From: an uncultured Desulfosarcina sp.
Lineage (GTDB): Bacteria > Desulfobacterota > Desulfobacteria > Desulfobacterales > Desulfosarcinaceae
DNA: 64,000 nucleotides
Assembly: GCA_963674945.2 (NCBI GenBank)
Contig: CAXXWQ010000004.1
Coordinates: 1,248,001-1,312,000 of the forward strand
Reading direction: 5' to 3'
The position numbers and the translations under genes were made by a program. Positions 49,700 through 58,611 of the stretch are shown in pieces. Position 1 is the stretch's first letter. Each line of letters starts with the position of its first letter. The notes under the pieces were generated by a model. The model ran no database searches, was not told the DNA's origin, and worked only from the letters and a program-made list of their open reading frames with translations.

Positions 49700-52057
49700 T
49701 TACCTGTCGATATCGGGCATGATGTAGTCCACCGACCCCATGATGGTGACCAGATCGGAAAGCGACCATCCTTTGGCCATCAACGGAAGTGCCTGCACAT
49801 TGGCGAATCCCGGCGAGCGGATGCGCATGCGGTATGCATACCCCACCCCATCGCTGACCACAAAATACCCCTGTTCGCCCCGGGGGATTTCACATGCCGA
49901 ATAGGCCTGCCCCCTGGGGATCTTGGGACCGCGTGTGACATTGATAAAATGGTGGATCAGGGTTTCGATGTCTTGTAACATATCCTCTCGCATTGGTACC
50001 ACATACCGGTAGTCGTCTGTGATGGTGCGACCCGTTGGCATGTTTCCGACGGCCTGACGGATGATGCCGAGACTCTGGCGCATCTCTTCGATGCGAACCA
50101 GATAGCGTGCATAGCAGTCCCCGCCCTCGGCCGTTGGGATCTGGAATTCGAACTGCTCGTATCCGCTGTAAGGAAATGCTTTGCGCAAATCCCAGGCCAG
50201 TCCGCAAGCCCGCAGGTTGGGACCGCTGACCCCCCAATCCATGGCGTCGGACAGGGAAATGGCTCCCACCCCCATGGTCCGTGCACGAAAGATCGGATTC
50301 CTGGTAATCAGCGCTTCGTACTCATCCATGCGGGCCGAAAAAATACGGGTGAAGCCGTCCACCTTTTTCTTCCATCCCTCGGGCAAATCGGCGGCCACCC
50401 CGCCGATGCGAAGCCATGCCGGATGCAGGCGCCCGCCTGTGATCAGTTCGACAATATCCAGGATCATCTCACGTTCACGAAACGTATAAAAGGTCGGCGT
50501 CATGGCGCCCACGTCATGGGCATAGGTCCCCAGCCAGACCAGGTGATTGCTCAGACGAAACAATTCGCTGAGCAGAACGCGGATGCACTGGGCACGAGGC
50601 GGAACGGAAATTCCGGCCAGGGCCTCAACCGCCATTACGTAAGGCAGGTTGTTGGCCGCGCCGGCCAGATAATCCACCCGATCGGTGTAGGGAATGAACT
50701 GGTGCCAGGTCTGACGCTCGCCGATTTTCTCCGCGGCCCGGTGATGATAGCCGATCTCGATATGCATGTCGCTGATCGTTTCCCCGTCTAAAGCAAGAAC
50801 ATAACGGATCAGCCCGTGTGTACTCACATGGTGTGGGCCAACGTTGAGAATCAGATCATTTTTCCCTTGTACGAAAAAACCGGCGTCGCGGGGCTGCAGC
50901 CGTCGGGCGTCGGCCAGCGTATACGGGGGAAGATCCGTGGCTCTGCCGGGGTGGGATTTGCGCAATGGATGGCCATGCCAATGATCAGGCATCAACAGAC
51001 GCCGCAGACTCGGATGACCGTCGAATCTGATGCCGAACATGTCGAAAACTTCACGTTCGTACCAGGCCGCCGAGGGCCAGATTCGGATAATGCTGCGTAC
51101 GCTGGGTGAAATGCCGGCAAGGGGGACGGTCAGACGCAGCCGGGTAGCCGGTTCAAAGGCAAGCAGATGGTACACCAGGGTGTAATCGATGCCGGCGACG
51201 CGTTGGCGGCGGGCCGACTCATCAATGGCTGTCAGGTCGTCCAGTCTCTGGAAGCGGGGTTCGGCCTGATTTTTGAGAAAGAAGAGAACGTCAAACGCGT
51301 CAGACGGCAAAACGGTAAAGGAGACCATATCACTGGTGGGCGTCTCAACGGTAATCCGATCGCCAAAGCGCCGCTTGAGTACCTCGGTGAGTCTCCGATC
51401 CGTTTCACTGGGTGGACGCTCGGACGGCGGCGGGGTCCACATCCCGTCAGTGCGGCTGTCGGGGAAGAAAGGCGGCGTGACCGATGTCCCCCGAATGGCT
51501 GTGCCGTTCATGCCAGGACCACGCGGATCACGGCTCTTGGTCGTACCATCGACCAGTATCGGACGCTCCGTCCCCTGGCTGCCGCCGGCCAGATGAAACA
51601 CCCGCCGAGCCGGTTTTTCTTCGCTGATTTTCTCCTGCAGCTTCACCAGACCTGCCAGGACGGCCTCGGGGCGGGGCGGACAACCGGGAATATAGGCATC
51701 TACGGGAAGAATCTGGTTAATCCCCTGAACCACACTGTAGGCATCATACATCCCGCCGGTGTTGGCGCACGATCCCATGGACACCACCCATTTGGGTTCG
51801 GCCATCTGCTCATAGAGCCGCAACACCACCGGAGCGACCTTTTTGAAAACTGTACCCGAAATGATCAGCAAATCGGCCTGACGCGGTGATGGCCGAAGGA
51901 CCTCGGCGCCGAAACGGGCGATATCGTAACGGCCCGTAAAAACCGCGGCCTCTTCCACAAAACAGCAGGAAAGGCCGAAAAACATGGGCCACAGGCTGTT
52001 CTTGCGGGCCCAGTTAATCACGACATCGGCACCGGCCAGGACGGTATCCGTCTTCAT
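49700..52057 (-). CDS. nuoBCD: Fused NADH-quinone oxidoreductase subunits B/C/D
   Basis: NuoB 'FGLSCCFVE...GSCA...IPGCPPRP', NuoC '[12 protein letters not shown]...HPLRK' and NuoD 'GPHHVSTHG...GYHHRAAEK...DIDR' in one frame. Confidence 0.93.
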   Translation of the reverse strand: MKTDTVLAGADVVINWARKNSLWPMFFGLSCCFVEEAAVFTGRYDIARFGAEVLRPSPRQADLLIISGTVFKKVAPVVLRLYEQMAEPKWVVSMGSCANTGGMYDAYSVVQGINQILPVDAYIPGCPPRPEAVLAGLVKLQEKISEEKPARRVFHLAGGSQGTERPILVDGTTKSRDPRGPGMNGTAIRGTSVTPPFFPDSRTDGMWTPPPSERPPSETDRRLTEVLKRRFGDRITVETPTSDMVSFTVLPSDAFDVLFFLKNQAEPRFQRLDDLTAIDESARRQRVAGIDYTLVYHLLAFEPATRLRLTVPLAGISPSVRSIIRIWPSAAWYEREVFDMFGIRFDGHPSLRRLLMPDHWHGHPLRKSHPGRATDLPPYTLADARRLQPRDAGFFVQGKNDLILNVGPHHVSTHGLIRYVLALDGETISDMHIEIGYHHRAAEKIGERQTWHQFIPYTDRVDYLAGAANNLPYVMAVEALAGISVPPRAQCIRVLLSELFRLSNHLVWLGTYAHDVGAMTPTFYTFREREMILDIVELITGGRLHPAWLRIGGVAADLPEGWKKKVDGFTRIFSARMDEYEALITRNPIFRARTMGVGAISLSDAMDWGVSGPNLRACGLAWDLRKAFPYSGYEQFEFQIPTAEGGDCYARYLVRIEEMRQSLGIIRQAVGNMPTGRTITDDYRYVVPMREDMLQDIETLIHHFINVTRGPKIPRGQAYSACEIPRGEQGYFVVSDGVGYAYRMRIRSPGFANVQALPLMAKGWSLSDLVTIMGSVDYIMPDIDR

Positions 52058-52458
52058 TTGCGTCTCGGCCCCCACGCGAGACCTCCCTTTGCCCAGATGT
52101 AGGCCAGCCCGGCGAGGAGAACTGCAATAAAAAACTGAATCTGGAACCAGCCCCCCCAGCCCAATGGTCGGGCTGCGATTGCCCATGAAAAAATATAGGC
52201 ACCTTCCACATCAAATAGCAGGAAAAAAATCGCTACCATGAAAAAGGGAACCGGGTAGCGCAGCCGCGCCTGGCCTGTAGGGATGATACCGCTTTCGTAA
52301 ACCCGCAGCTTCTCTACGGTTGGCTGTCGCTTCCCCAGCCAACGGGAGAGAAAGAGAAGGAGCAGCGTCAACCCGATGACAATCCCGATGAAAACGGTCA
52401 GACTGAAAATACCGGGTTGCCAGGGAGATAATGTACCTTGCAGAGTAAAGGATTGCAT
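52054..52458 (-). CDS. nuoA: NADH-quinone oxidoreductase subunit A
   Basis: 'YESGIIP', 'FLLFDVE', '[10 protein letters not shown]'. Confidence 0.95.
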   Translation of the reverse strand: MQSFTLQGTLSPWQPGIFSLTVFIGIVIGLTLLLLFLSRWLGKRQPTVEKLRVYESGIIPTGQARLRYPVPFFMVAIFFLLFDVEGAYIFSWAIAARPLGWGGWFQIQFFIAVLLAGLAYIWAKGGLAWGPRRK

Positions 52459-52660
52459 TGTTACGGATTTCCATAAAGGTCTTGCAGTTGTCGATTAGAT
52501 CAACGATCATGCTCGTTTCGGTATCTTATCGATGAAAACTGATATTTTCGTACTCTAATCTGTCGGCTGTTATTTTGGCAATGGGGTGCAAACAGTATTT
52601 TGATACGGATGGAAGTAGTGAAAGGTCAACACCCGGTTTTCCTGTGACACGGAAGGTGCA

Positions 52661-53125
52661 ATGCCGGAAATCAAGATTCTGGTAACCACCATCCATCAAT
52701 CGGACGAACGGGTAAAGGAGGTATTTTCTGCCGGCGCGGACGGCTATTGCAGCAAATACGACAGCAAACAGGAGTTGCTTACGGCCATCGATAGAGTACT
52801 GGCAGGAAATGTTTACCTCAGCCCCACCATTTCCAGGAACGTTCTGGCGGGTTATCTTTCCAATCCCGCAAGTGAGACATCCAAGAAAGACATATGGGAT
52901 ACCCTCTCCCAAAGGGAGAAAGAGATTCTGAAATTGCTCGCCGAAGGCTATACCAATAAGCAAATTGGAAAGATGCTTTTCATCAGCGCCAAAACCGTCG
53001 AAAAACATCGCTCAAACATCATGTCCAAACTCAACCTGCACGACGTTGCCAGTCTCACCAGGCTGGCCATTGAGAAAGGACTGGTCGAAAGGCGAGAGCC
53101 CTCATCTCGCAAATGGACACAATGA
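52661..53125 (+). CDS. NarL/LuxR-family response regulator, N-terminally truncated receiver (possible pseudogene)
   Basis: Begins mid-REC ('PEIKILVTTIH'). Intact HTH 'LSQREKEILKLLAEGYTNKQI...KTVEKHRSNIMSKL'. Confidence 0.75.
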   Translation: MPEIKILVTTIHQSDERVKEVFSAGADGYCSKYDSKQELLTAIDRVLAGNVYLSPTISRNVLAGYLSNPASETSKKDIWDTLSQREKEILKLLAEGYTNKQIGKMLFISAKTVEKHRSNIMSKLNLHDVASLTRLAIEKGLVERREPSSRKWTQ

Positions 53126-53293
53126 CGATCGGCTTTCGTTCACGGATTGTTGTGAACAAACCGTCGCCTGCCATCCGATCGGTATGAAGCGTTTAAACGA
53201 ATGCGGATCTGCCCGCCTTTTTCCATACATCGAAATCCCTGTTTTACCTCTCAACAACATAACCTTTACCCATCAATGCAGAAAATTGAATGC

Positions 53294-53341
53294 CACTCGA
53301 TCGAACCGGATGGTGGCTATGCCGGTCGGTTCGATCGAGTG
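53294..53341. terminator. Perfect 15-bp inverted repeat between convergent genes
   Basis: cactcgatcgaaccg ... cggttcgatcgagtg. No T-run, so a terminator role is uncertain. Confidence 0.45.
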
Positions 53342-53402
53342 TAGCATGGTGAGGAAGGGATTTGGAGGAGAGAGATTGGGAGTGAAGTGGTAATTTCACC
53401 GG

Positions 53403-56156
53403 TTAGTTTTCGGAATCGGTCAGAAGCTTTCTCAGGTCTTCCATGGCTTTGCCGTATTCAGCCCAGTTGCCTTGTTGCAGATCCTGCTGTGCCTTGCGGA
53501 ATACTTCCCGGACACGATCGAGAGTCTGGCTTTGAACGGGAATGGGAGTGGCCGCCTCCGGCTGTGGCGTGGTCGCCGCCCCGAAAAGGCTCTTGATGGC
53601 CTCGTCGAGTGTCGGGGCCATCACCACCTTGTCGCCGTAAATTGTAATCACCCGTTTAAGCTGAGGAATATTGATTCCCTCGGCGGTCAGATAGACCGGC
53701 TCGACGTAAAGGAAGGCATTTTCCATGGGAATAACGATCAGATTTCCCCGAAGGACGCGGGAGCCACGCTGGTCCCACAGGGATAGCTGCTCGGAGATGC
53801 GCGTATTCTGATCGATCATGGCTTCTACCTGGATGGGACCGTAAATCAGGCGCTCTTTGGGCAGTTGATAGACCAACAACTGGCCGTATTCGGGGAAATC
53901 ACATCGGGCAGCCATCCAGGAGATCATGTTGTCTCTGTTTTGCGGGGTGAATGGTGTCATGAGCAGGTATTGAAGCTCTTTTTCACCCGGAAGACGCATC
54001 AGGATATAGTAAGGTTCTACGGGAACCGCCTGGCCGGCGTATTTCTCCTGGGGAAAATTCCAAAGATCCTCCTGGTTGTAAAAAACCTGTGGATCGGTCA
54101 TATGGTAGGTCCGGTAGAGATCGGCCTGGATGGCGAAAAGATCCTCGGGATATCTCAGGTGGGTTTTGAGGTCTGCCGGCATTGTGTCCAGCACCTTGAA
54201 AACACCTGGAAATGCCTTGCGATATGCGCCCAGCAAAGGATCCTGGGAATCCGCAACATAGAAGGTAACGCTGCCATTGTAAACATCCACCACCGCCTTG
54301 GCCGAATTGCGGATGTAGTTGATCCGGTCAAACGCCTTTTCATAGGGCTGGGCATAGGGAAATCGATCGGAGACCGTGTACAGATCCTGGATCCAGTAAA
54401 ACCTGCCGCCGCTGAGCACCAGATACGGATCGCCGTCCACCTTCAAAAAGGGTGCAATGTGCCCCACCCGCTCCTTTACGCTGCGCCAGATCTGGATGCG
54501 GCTGCGGGGCTCGAGGTAGGAACTGAGCAATATATTGATGTCGGCCTGGGTCCATGAGAACAACAGGCGCTTCCACCAGGCGTCCAGCAGGATGCCGCCG
54601 CTGCCGTCGTAACTGGTGTAGGCGTTATTGTCACCCCTGGGAAAGTCGAATTCCTTGACGCTGGTGGCGACGATGCGGTAACCGGGGCTGTTCTCACCGT
54701 AATAGATGGCAGGCTGAACGATATTGACGCCGTAACCGGACTGGGGTGGAATATTTTCGACGATGTATTCGGGGAGCCCTTCGGCCGTTTTCTTGGAGAC
54801 AAAGTTCATCGCCATCCCGTATCCATGCGTAAACTGCAGGTTGCTGTTTACCCAGGTCCTGGCTTTGGGCGGCAGTTGGTCGGCCAGTTCCCGGGCGGAC
54901 AGCATGACCTGGTGATATCCGTTTTCCAGCCGATAACGTCCCACGTCCACGTCATAGAATTGATAATAAAGCCGAATCTCCTGTGTCTGCCGGTAGGTTT
55001 CGAGGATGGGGCGCCAATCCCATAGCCGGATATTATCGATGGTATCCTGATTGTCGCCGATGTCCTCGAGCGTCAGGTCCTGGAGTGCCGGATAGGTCTT
55101 TTCCTGAATGCGGTCCAGTTGGAAGGCTTTGCGCGTGAATGCGATGTTGTGCTCGAGGAAAGGTGTTTCCACCTGCAGTTCACTGGGGGCAACCTTGAAT
55201 TTTTGGATCACGCCGGGCAGGACGATCACCGTTACGGCATACAGAACCACGAAACTGCCTGCACTCACAACCAGTAAACCCCGGGATCGTTTTACCGGAA
55301 GGGAAACGGCGACCAGTCCAACGAGCACGACGGACGCGGCCAGCATGATCCAGAAGCTGATTCGGGTGATGTGATACGCCGTGTACCCCACGCCGTAAAC
55401 GATACCGGTCTGTTCGTAAAGAAGCTCGTAGCGGTCTAAAAAATAGCCCCAGGCCCACGATGCCAGCACCACGATCAGCAGCACGGCAAGATGATTGAAT
55501 GCCGTGTGGTCCTGGCGGAACCATCGACGCCATCCGGCCTGAAAGACGCCGAAATAACCATAGACAATGGAAGCCGCCACCAGATTGATCAGCGCCAGTC
55601 CGGTAAGGCTGCTCTGGATCAACTGGTAGAACGGCAGGCGAAAGAGGTAAAAACCGATATCCTTGTCGTAAATGGGGTCGACCTCCCCCGTGATTCCACC
55701 CCAGTGAAACCGCAAGACGGTATCCCACTCGGAATGGAGGGAAACCGCGAAAACGATCGCCAGCAGTAAGGCCCCCAGAAAACCGAGGGTCTTCAAAGCC
55801 TCCGGTGAGACCGACTCGCCCCGTACCGTGGGAAAGACCAGCTGAATTTCGGCGCCTTGGGAAGCAAAATGGTTTTTCGCGATGTTTTGTGCGGCGACGC
55901 GCAGGCTGAACCATGTCGGGACCATGACGCCTGCAAACGCCACGCCGGACAGGATCCACCGTACCGTGAGCAACCGCCAGAAAATCATGGTGTATCCCAC
56001 CTGCTTCATCCACAACCATTGTTGGACTGTTTTGCCCGACGCCGCCAAGGCGATCAGGAGCAGTATACCAGCCGATACCATCGATATGATAATCTTTATC
56101 TTGCGTTGCTGCATAATCCGTTTCCCGTCAGCTATGTTGAAAAACCGGTGTCTCAT
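53403..56156 (-). CDS. UPF0182 family membrane protein
   Basis: 'DIGFYLFRLP', 'NIRLWD', 'FTHGYG', 'NYIRNSAK', 'LRYPEDLF', 'LYVEPVYL'. Confidence 0.92.
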   Translation of the reverse strand: MRHRFFNIADGKRIMQQRKIKIIISMVSAGILLLIALAASGKTVQQWLWMKQVGYTMIFWRLLTVRWILSGVAFAGVMVPTWFSLRVAAQNIAKNHFASQGAEIQLVFPTVRGESVSPEALKTLGFLGALLLAIVFAVSLHSEWDTVLRFHWGGITGEVDPIYDKDIGFYLFRLPFYQLIQSSLTGLALINLVAASIVYGYFGVFQAGWRRWFRQDHTAFNHLAVLLIVVLASWAWGYFLDRYELLYEQTGIVYGVGYTAYHITRISFWIMLAASVVLVGLVAVSLPVKRSRGLLVVSAGSFVVLYAVTVIVLPGVIQKFKVAPSELQVETPFLEHNIAFTRKAFQLDRIQEKTYPALQDLTLEDIGDNQDTIDNIRLWDWRPILETYRQTQEIRLYYQFYDVDVGRYRLENGYHQVMLSARELADQLPPKARTWVNSNLQFTHGYGMAMNFVSKKTAEGLPEYIVENIPPQSGYGVNIVQPAIYYGENSPGYRIVATSVKEFDFPRGDNNAYTSYDGSGGILLDAWWKRLLFSWTQADINILLSSYLEPRSRIQIWRSVKERVGHIAPFLKVDGDPYLVLSGGRFYWIQDLYTVSDRFPYAQPYEKAFDRINYIRNSAKAVVDVYNGSVTFYVADSQDPLLGAYRKAFPGVFKVLDTMPADLKTHLRYPEDLFAIQADLYRTYHMTDPQVFYNQEDLWNFPQEKYAGQAVPVEPYYILMRLPGEKELQYLLMTPFTPQNRDNMISWMAARCDFPEYGQLLVYQLPKERLIYGPIQVEAMIDQNTRISEQLSLWDQRGSRVLRGNLIVIPMENAFLYVEPVYLTAEGINIPQLKRVITIYGDKVVMAPTLDEAIKSLFGAATTPQPEAATPIPVQSQTLDRVREVFRKAQQDLQQGNWAEYGKAMEDLRKLLTDSEN

Positions 56157-56509
56157 CTCTTTTCTTGTGAGATGTAGTTACAACAATAAATCGATCACAC
56201 GGCAAGAAAATGGGCTGCGTCCCCTATTCAGAAGAAAAATGAAAGGTATATATGCTATTGTATCCGGCCCCAGGGTCGCGCCCGCCCCCTTCTCCATCAT
56301 CAGAAGGGATTTTATCGTTACAGAAAACTTGCATCCAATCATCGCCACGATGGCAGCCGACTCAAATATCAGACCGGGCGTCCCGTCGTTTTCCATCATA
56401 AATTCGATGAAATAAAGCCTTCACCCCATGTCCGGCGACCATCGAACGGTTTATGATGATAGAGATATCATGGCAATCTTCAGACAATCAAACTTGATCG
56501 AGGCTCGAT

Positions 56510-56917
56510 TTGACAATACGAATCGTCATCGCAGAGGACAATAAGCAATTCAGAGAAGTACTGCGCCAAATGATCACCTCTGTAGGCGGTCGGTACACAA
56601 TTGTGGACGAAGCAACCAATGGCGTCGAAGCCATCGCTTGTGTGGAAAACTGTCAACCCGACCTTCTCATTCTCGATTTAAAAATGCCCAATGTAGATGG
56701 GATCGAAGTGATCCAGGTTGTGAGGAAGCGATGGAAGCATATTCACATACTGGTCTTGACCATGAGCCAGTCCAGATTCATGCTCGAAAAAGCCATGGAA
56801 TCCGGTGCCAATGGGTACTGCACCAAGACCAGCAAAAGAGCTGAAATATTGAAAGCAGTGGAACTGGCGGCACGAGGCGATCTCTATATCAGCCCTGACA
56901 TGGATGATGCTTATTGA
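56510..56917 (+). CDS. Stand-alone NarL-type receiver domain protein
   Basis: 'IVIAEDN', 'ILDLKMPNVDG', 'GYCTK'. Ends after 'YISP' with no HTH. Confidence 0.85.
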   Translation: MTIRIVIAEDNKQFREVLRQMITSVGGRYTIVDEATNGVEAIACVENCQPDLLILDLKMPNVDGIEVIQVVRKRWKHIHILVLTMSQSRFMLEKAMESGANGYCTKTSKRAEILKAVELAARGDLYISPDMDDAY

Positions 56918-57009
56918 AACCCGGTTCATCCCCACGGGATGGAAAGATGCTACACCCGAATTTCTCCACAAATACAGTGCAGACCCCACATTGAAAAATT
57001 GGATCCACG

Positions 57010-58410
57010 TCAGGCAGCGGATGACCAGGCGATGTCAAGTAAACCGACATGAACGGTTTTGGCGTGAACAAAGTCCTTCATTCCGAAATCATGCAACGGA
57101 TCGTTTCCATTTTTTCGTTCTCCGATCCCGAACAGTGGCATATGGGTGCCGGGTGGCGTAAATGCATTGATGAAACATTGCCCTGCCGCGAGCTGCTCTG
57201 CCGCGATCTGTCTGCCCCGGGAAATGTTCCGGGTAAATACGGTAGCACCGTTTCCGAAATTCGCGTCGTTGGCCACGCGAACGGCCTCTTTTTCATCGCT
57301 GACCGGAACCACGATCGCAACGGGTCCGAATGTCTCTTCTTCATACACACGCATTCCGCGACCAACATCGGTCAGTACGGTGGGTGGATAAAAAAACCCC
57401 TTCCCCTTGTCCACCTTTCCTCCCAGCAGACATCGGGCGCCCCTGTCGATGCTGCTTCTTACCTGTTGATCGACGGTATCTCTAAGATCTTTTCGGGCAA
57501 TGGGCCCGATGTTGGTGTTCCTGTGCAAAGGATCCCCCATCCTTACGTTTCTCATTCGTTTGACCAATCGCTGTTCGAACGCCTCGCGTATGCCCTTAGA
57601 AACGATGAATCGCTTTACCGCCACACAACTCTGGCCGGAATTGGAAAGGCAGCCGGAAACGCAGGTTTCCACCGTCCTATCGAGTTCCGCATCATCCAAT
57701 ATGATGTTGGGATCGGATCCTCCCAGCTCAAACACATCTTTTTTGATAACGCCGCCGACTTGTTTTATTATGGCTTGCCCGGCCGTCTTGCTTCCCGATA
57801 GGATGACGGCCTTGATTCGAGAATCGTCAACGACGAATTTCACCTGTTGCCCGGGGATTCGCAAGACTTGAAAAAGCCCCTGTGGAAAACCCGCGCGGAT
57901 CATTATATTCTCTATGGCCAGACTACAACCGGGAACCGAAGAGGAATGTTTCAACAGCACGGCATTGCCGGCCATTATCGCCGGTGCGGCGTATCGAAAC
58001 ACCTGCCAGAAGGGATAGTTCCAGGACATGACGACGACTATCGTGCCAAATGGAAGAACCGCCGTCAGTTGACCTTTTGTGCCGTTTTCACCCATCTTCA
58101 AAGAGAGGGTGCGCGCAGCCGTTTCCGTCAAGTTCCGGCACAACCAGATGCACTTTTCGATTTCGTCCATACCTTGACGGACCGGCTTGCCCATCTCCAG
58201 GGCCATCAATTCGGCATTGTGTGTTTTTTCATCCGTAAGCAAGGCTGCCATTTTGGACATACAATCGGATCGATGACCGACATCCGTATTCCGCCAGGTC
58301 TGCCATGCTTCGTCTGCCGTCTCCAGTCGATCATACACCTGCTTGTCGTTCATGGCATTATATTCATTCACCACCCCTCCTGTTGCCGGATTCGTGACGG
58401 TGATTTTCAT
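57010..58410 (-). CDS. Aldehyde dehydrogenase (Sad/GabD succinate-semialdehyde DH-like), divergent
   Basis: 'WNYPFWQVFR', 'ELGGSDP', catalytic 'GQSC', 'EETFGPV'. Confidence 0.85.
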   Translation of the reverse strand: MKITVTNPATGGVVNEYNAMNDKQVYDRLETADEAWQTWRNTDVGHRSDCMSKMAALLTDEKTHNAELMALEMGKPVRQGMDEIEKCIWLCRNLTETAARTLSLKMGENGTKGQLTAVLPFGTIVVVMSWNYPFWQVFRYAAPAIMAGNAVLLKHSSSVPGCSLAIENIMIRAGFPQGLFQVLRIPGQQVKFVVDDSRIKAVILSGSKTAGQAIIKQVGGVIKKDVFELGGSDPNIILDDAELDRTVETCVSGCLSNSGQSCVAVKRFIVSKGIREAFEQRLVKRMRNVRMGDPLHRNTNIGPIARKDLRDTVDQQVRSSIDRGARCLLGGKVDKGKGFFYPPTVLTDVGRGMRVYEEETFGPVAIVVPVSDEKEAVRVANDANFGNGATVFTRNISRGRQIAAEQLAAGQCFINAFTPPGTHMPLFGIGERKNGNDPLHDFGMKDFVHAKTVHVGLLDIAWSSAA

Positions 58411-58611
58411 TGATCCCTCCCCTATTGATGGTTTGCACCGTTTCATCTGTTTTCACGCATTGCTCGTTTTTTACGCTCTCACCGTACTATAGATGCAACG
58501 GTTGAATAATGGGGTCTTGCCCTGATTTTGAACGATCAGGAACCACTATATGTTGTCATCGACAAAGAAAGGGGTGGTGTGCGTGAATTGGTAAGCCGAA
58601 CACGAATGGCT

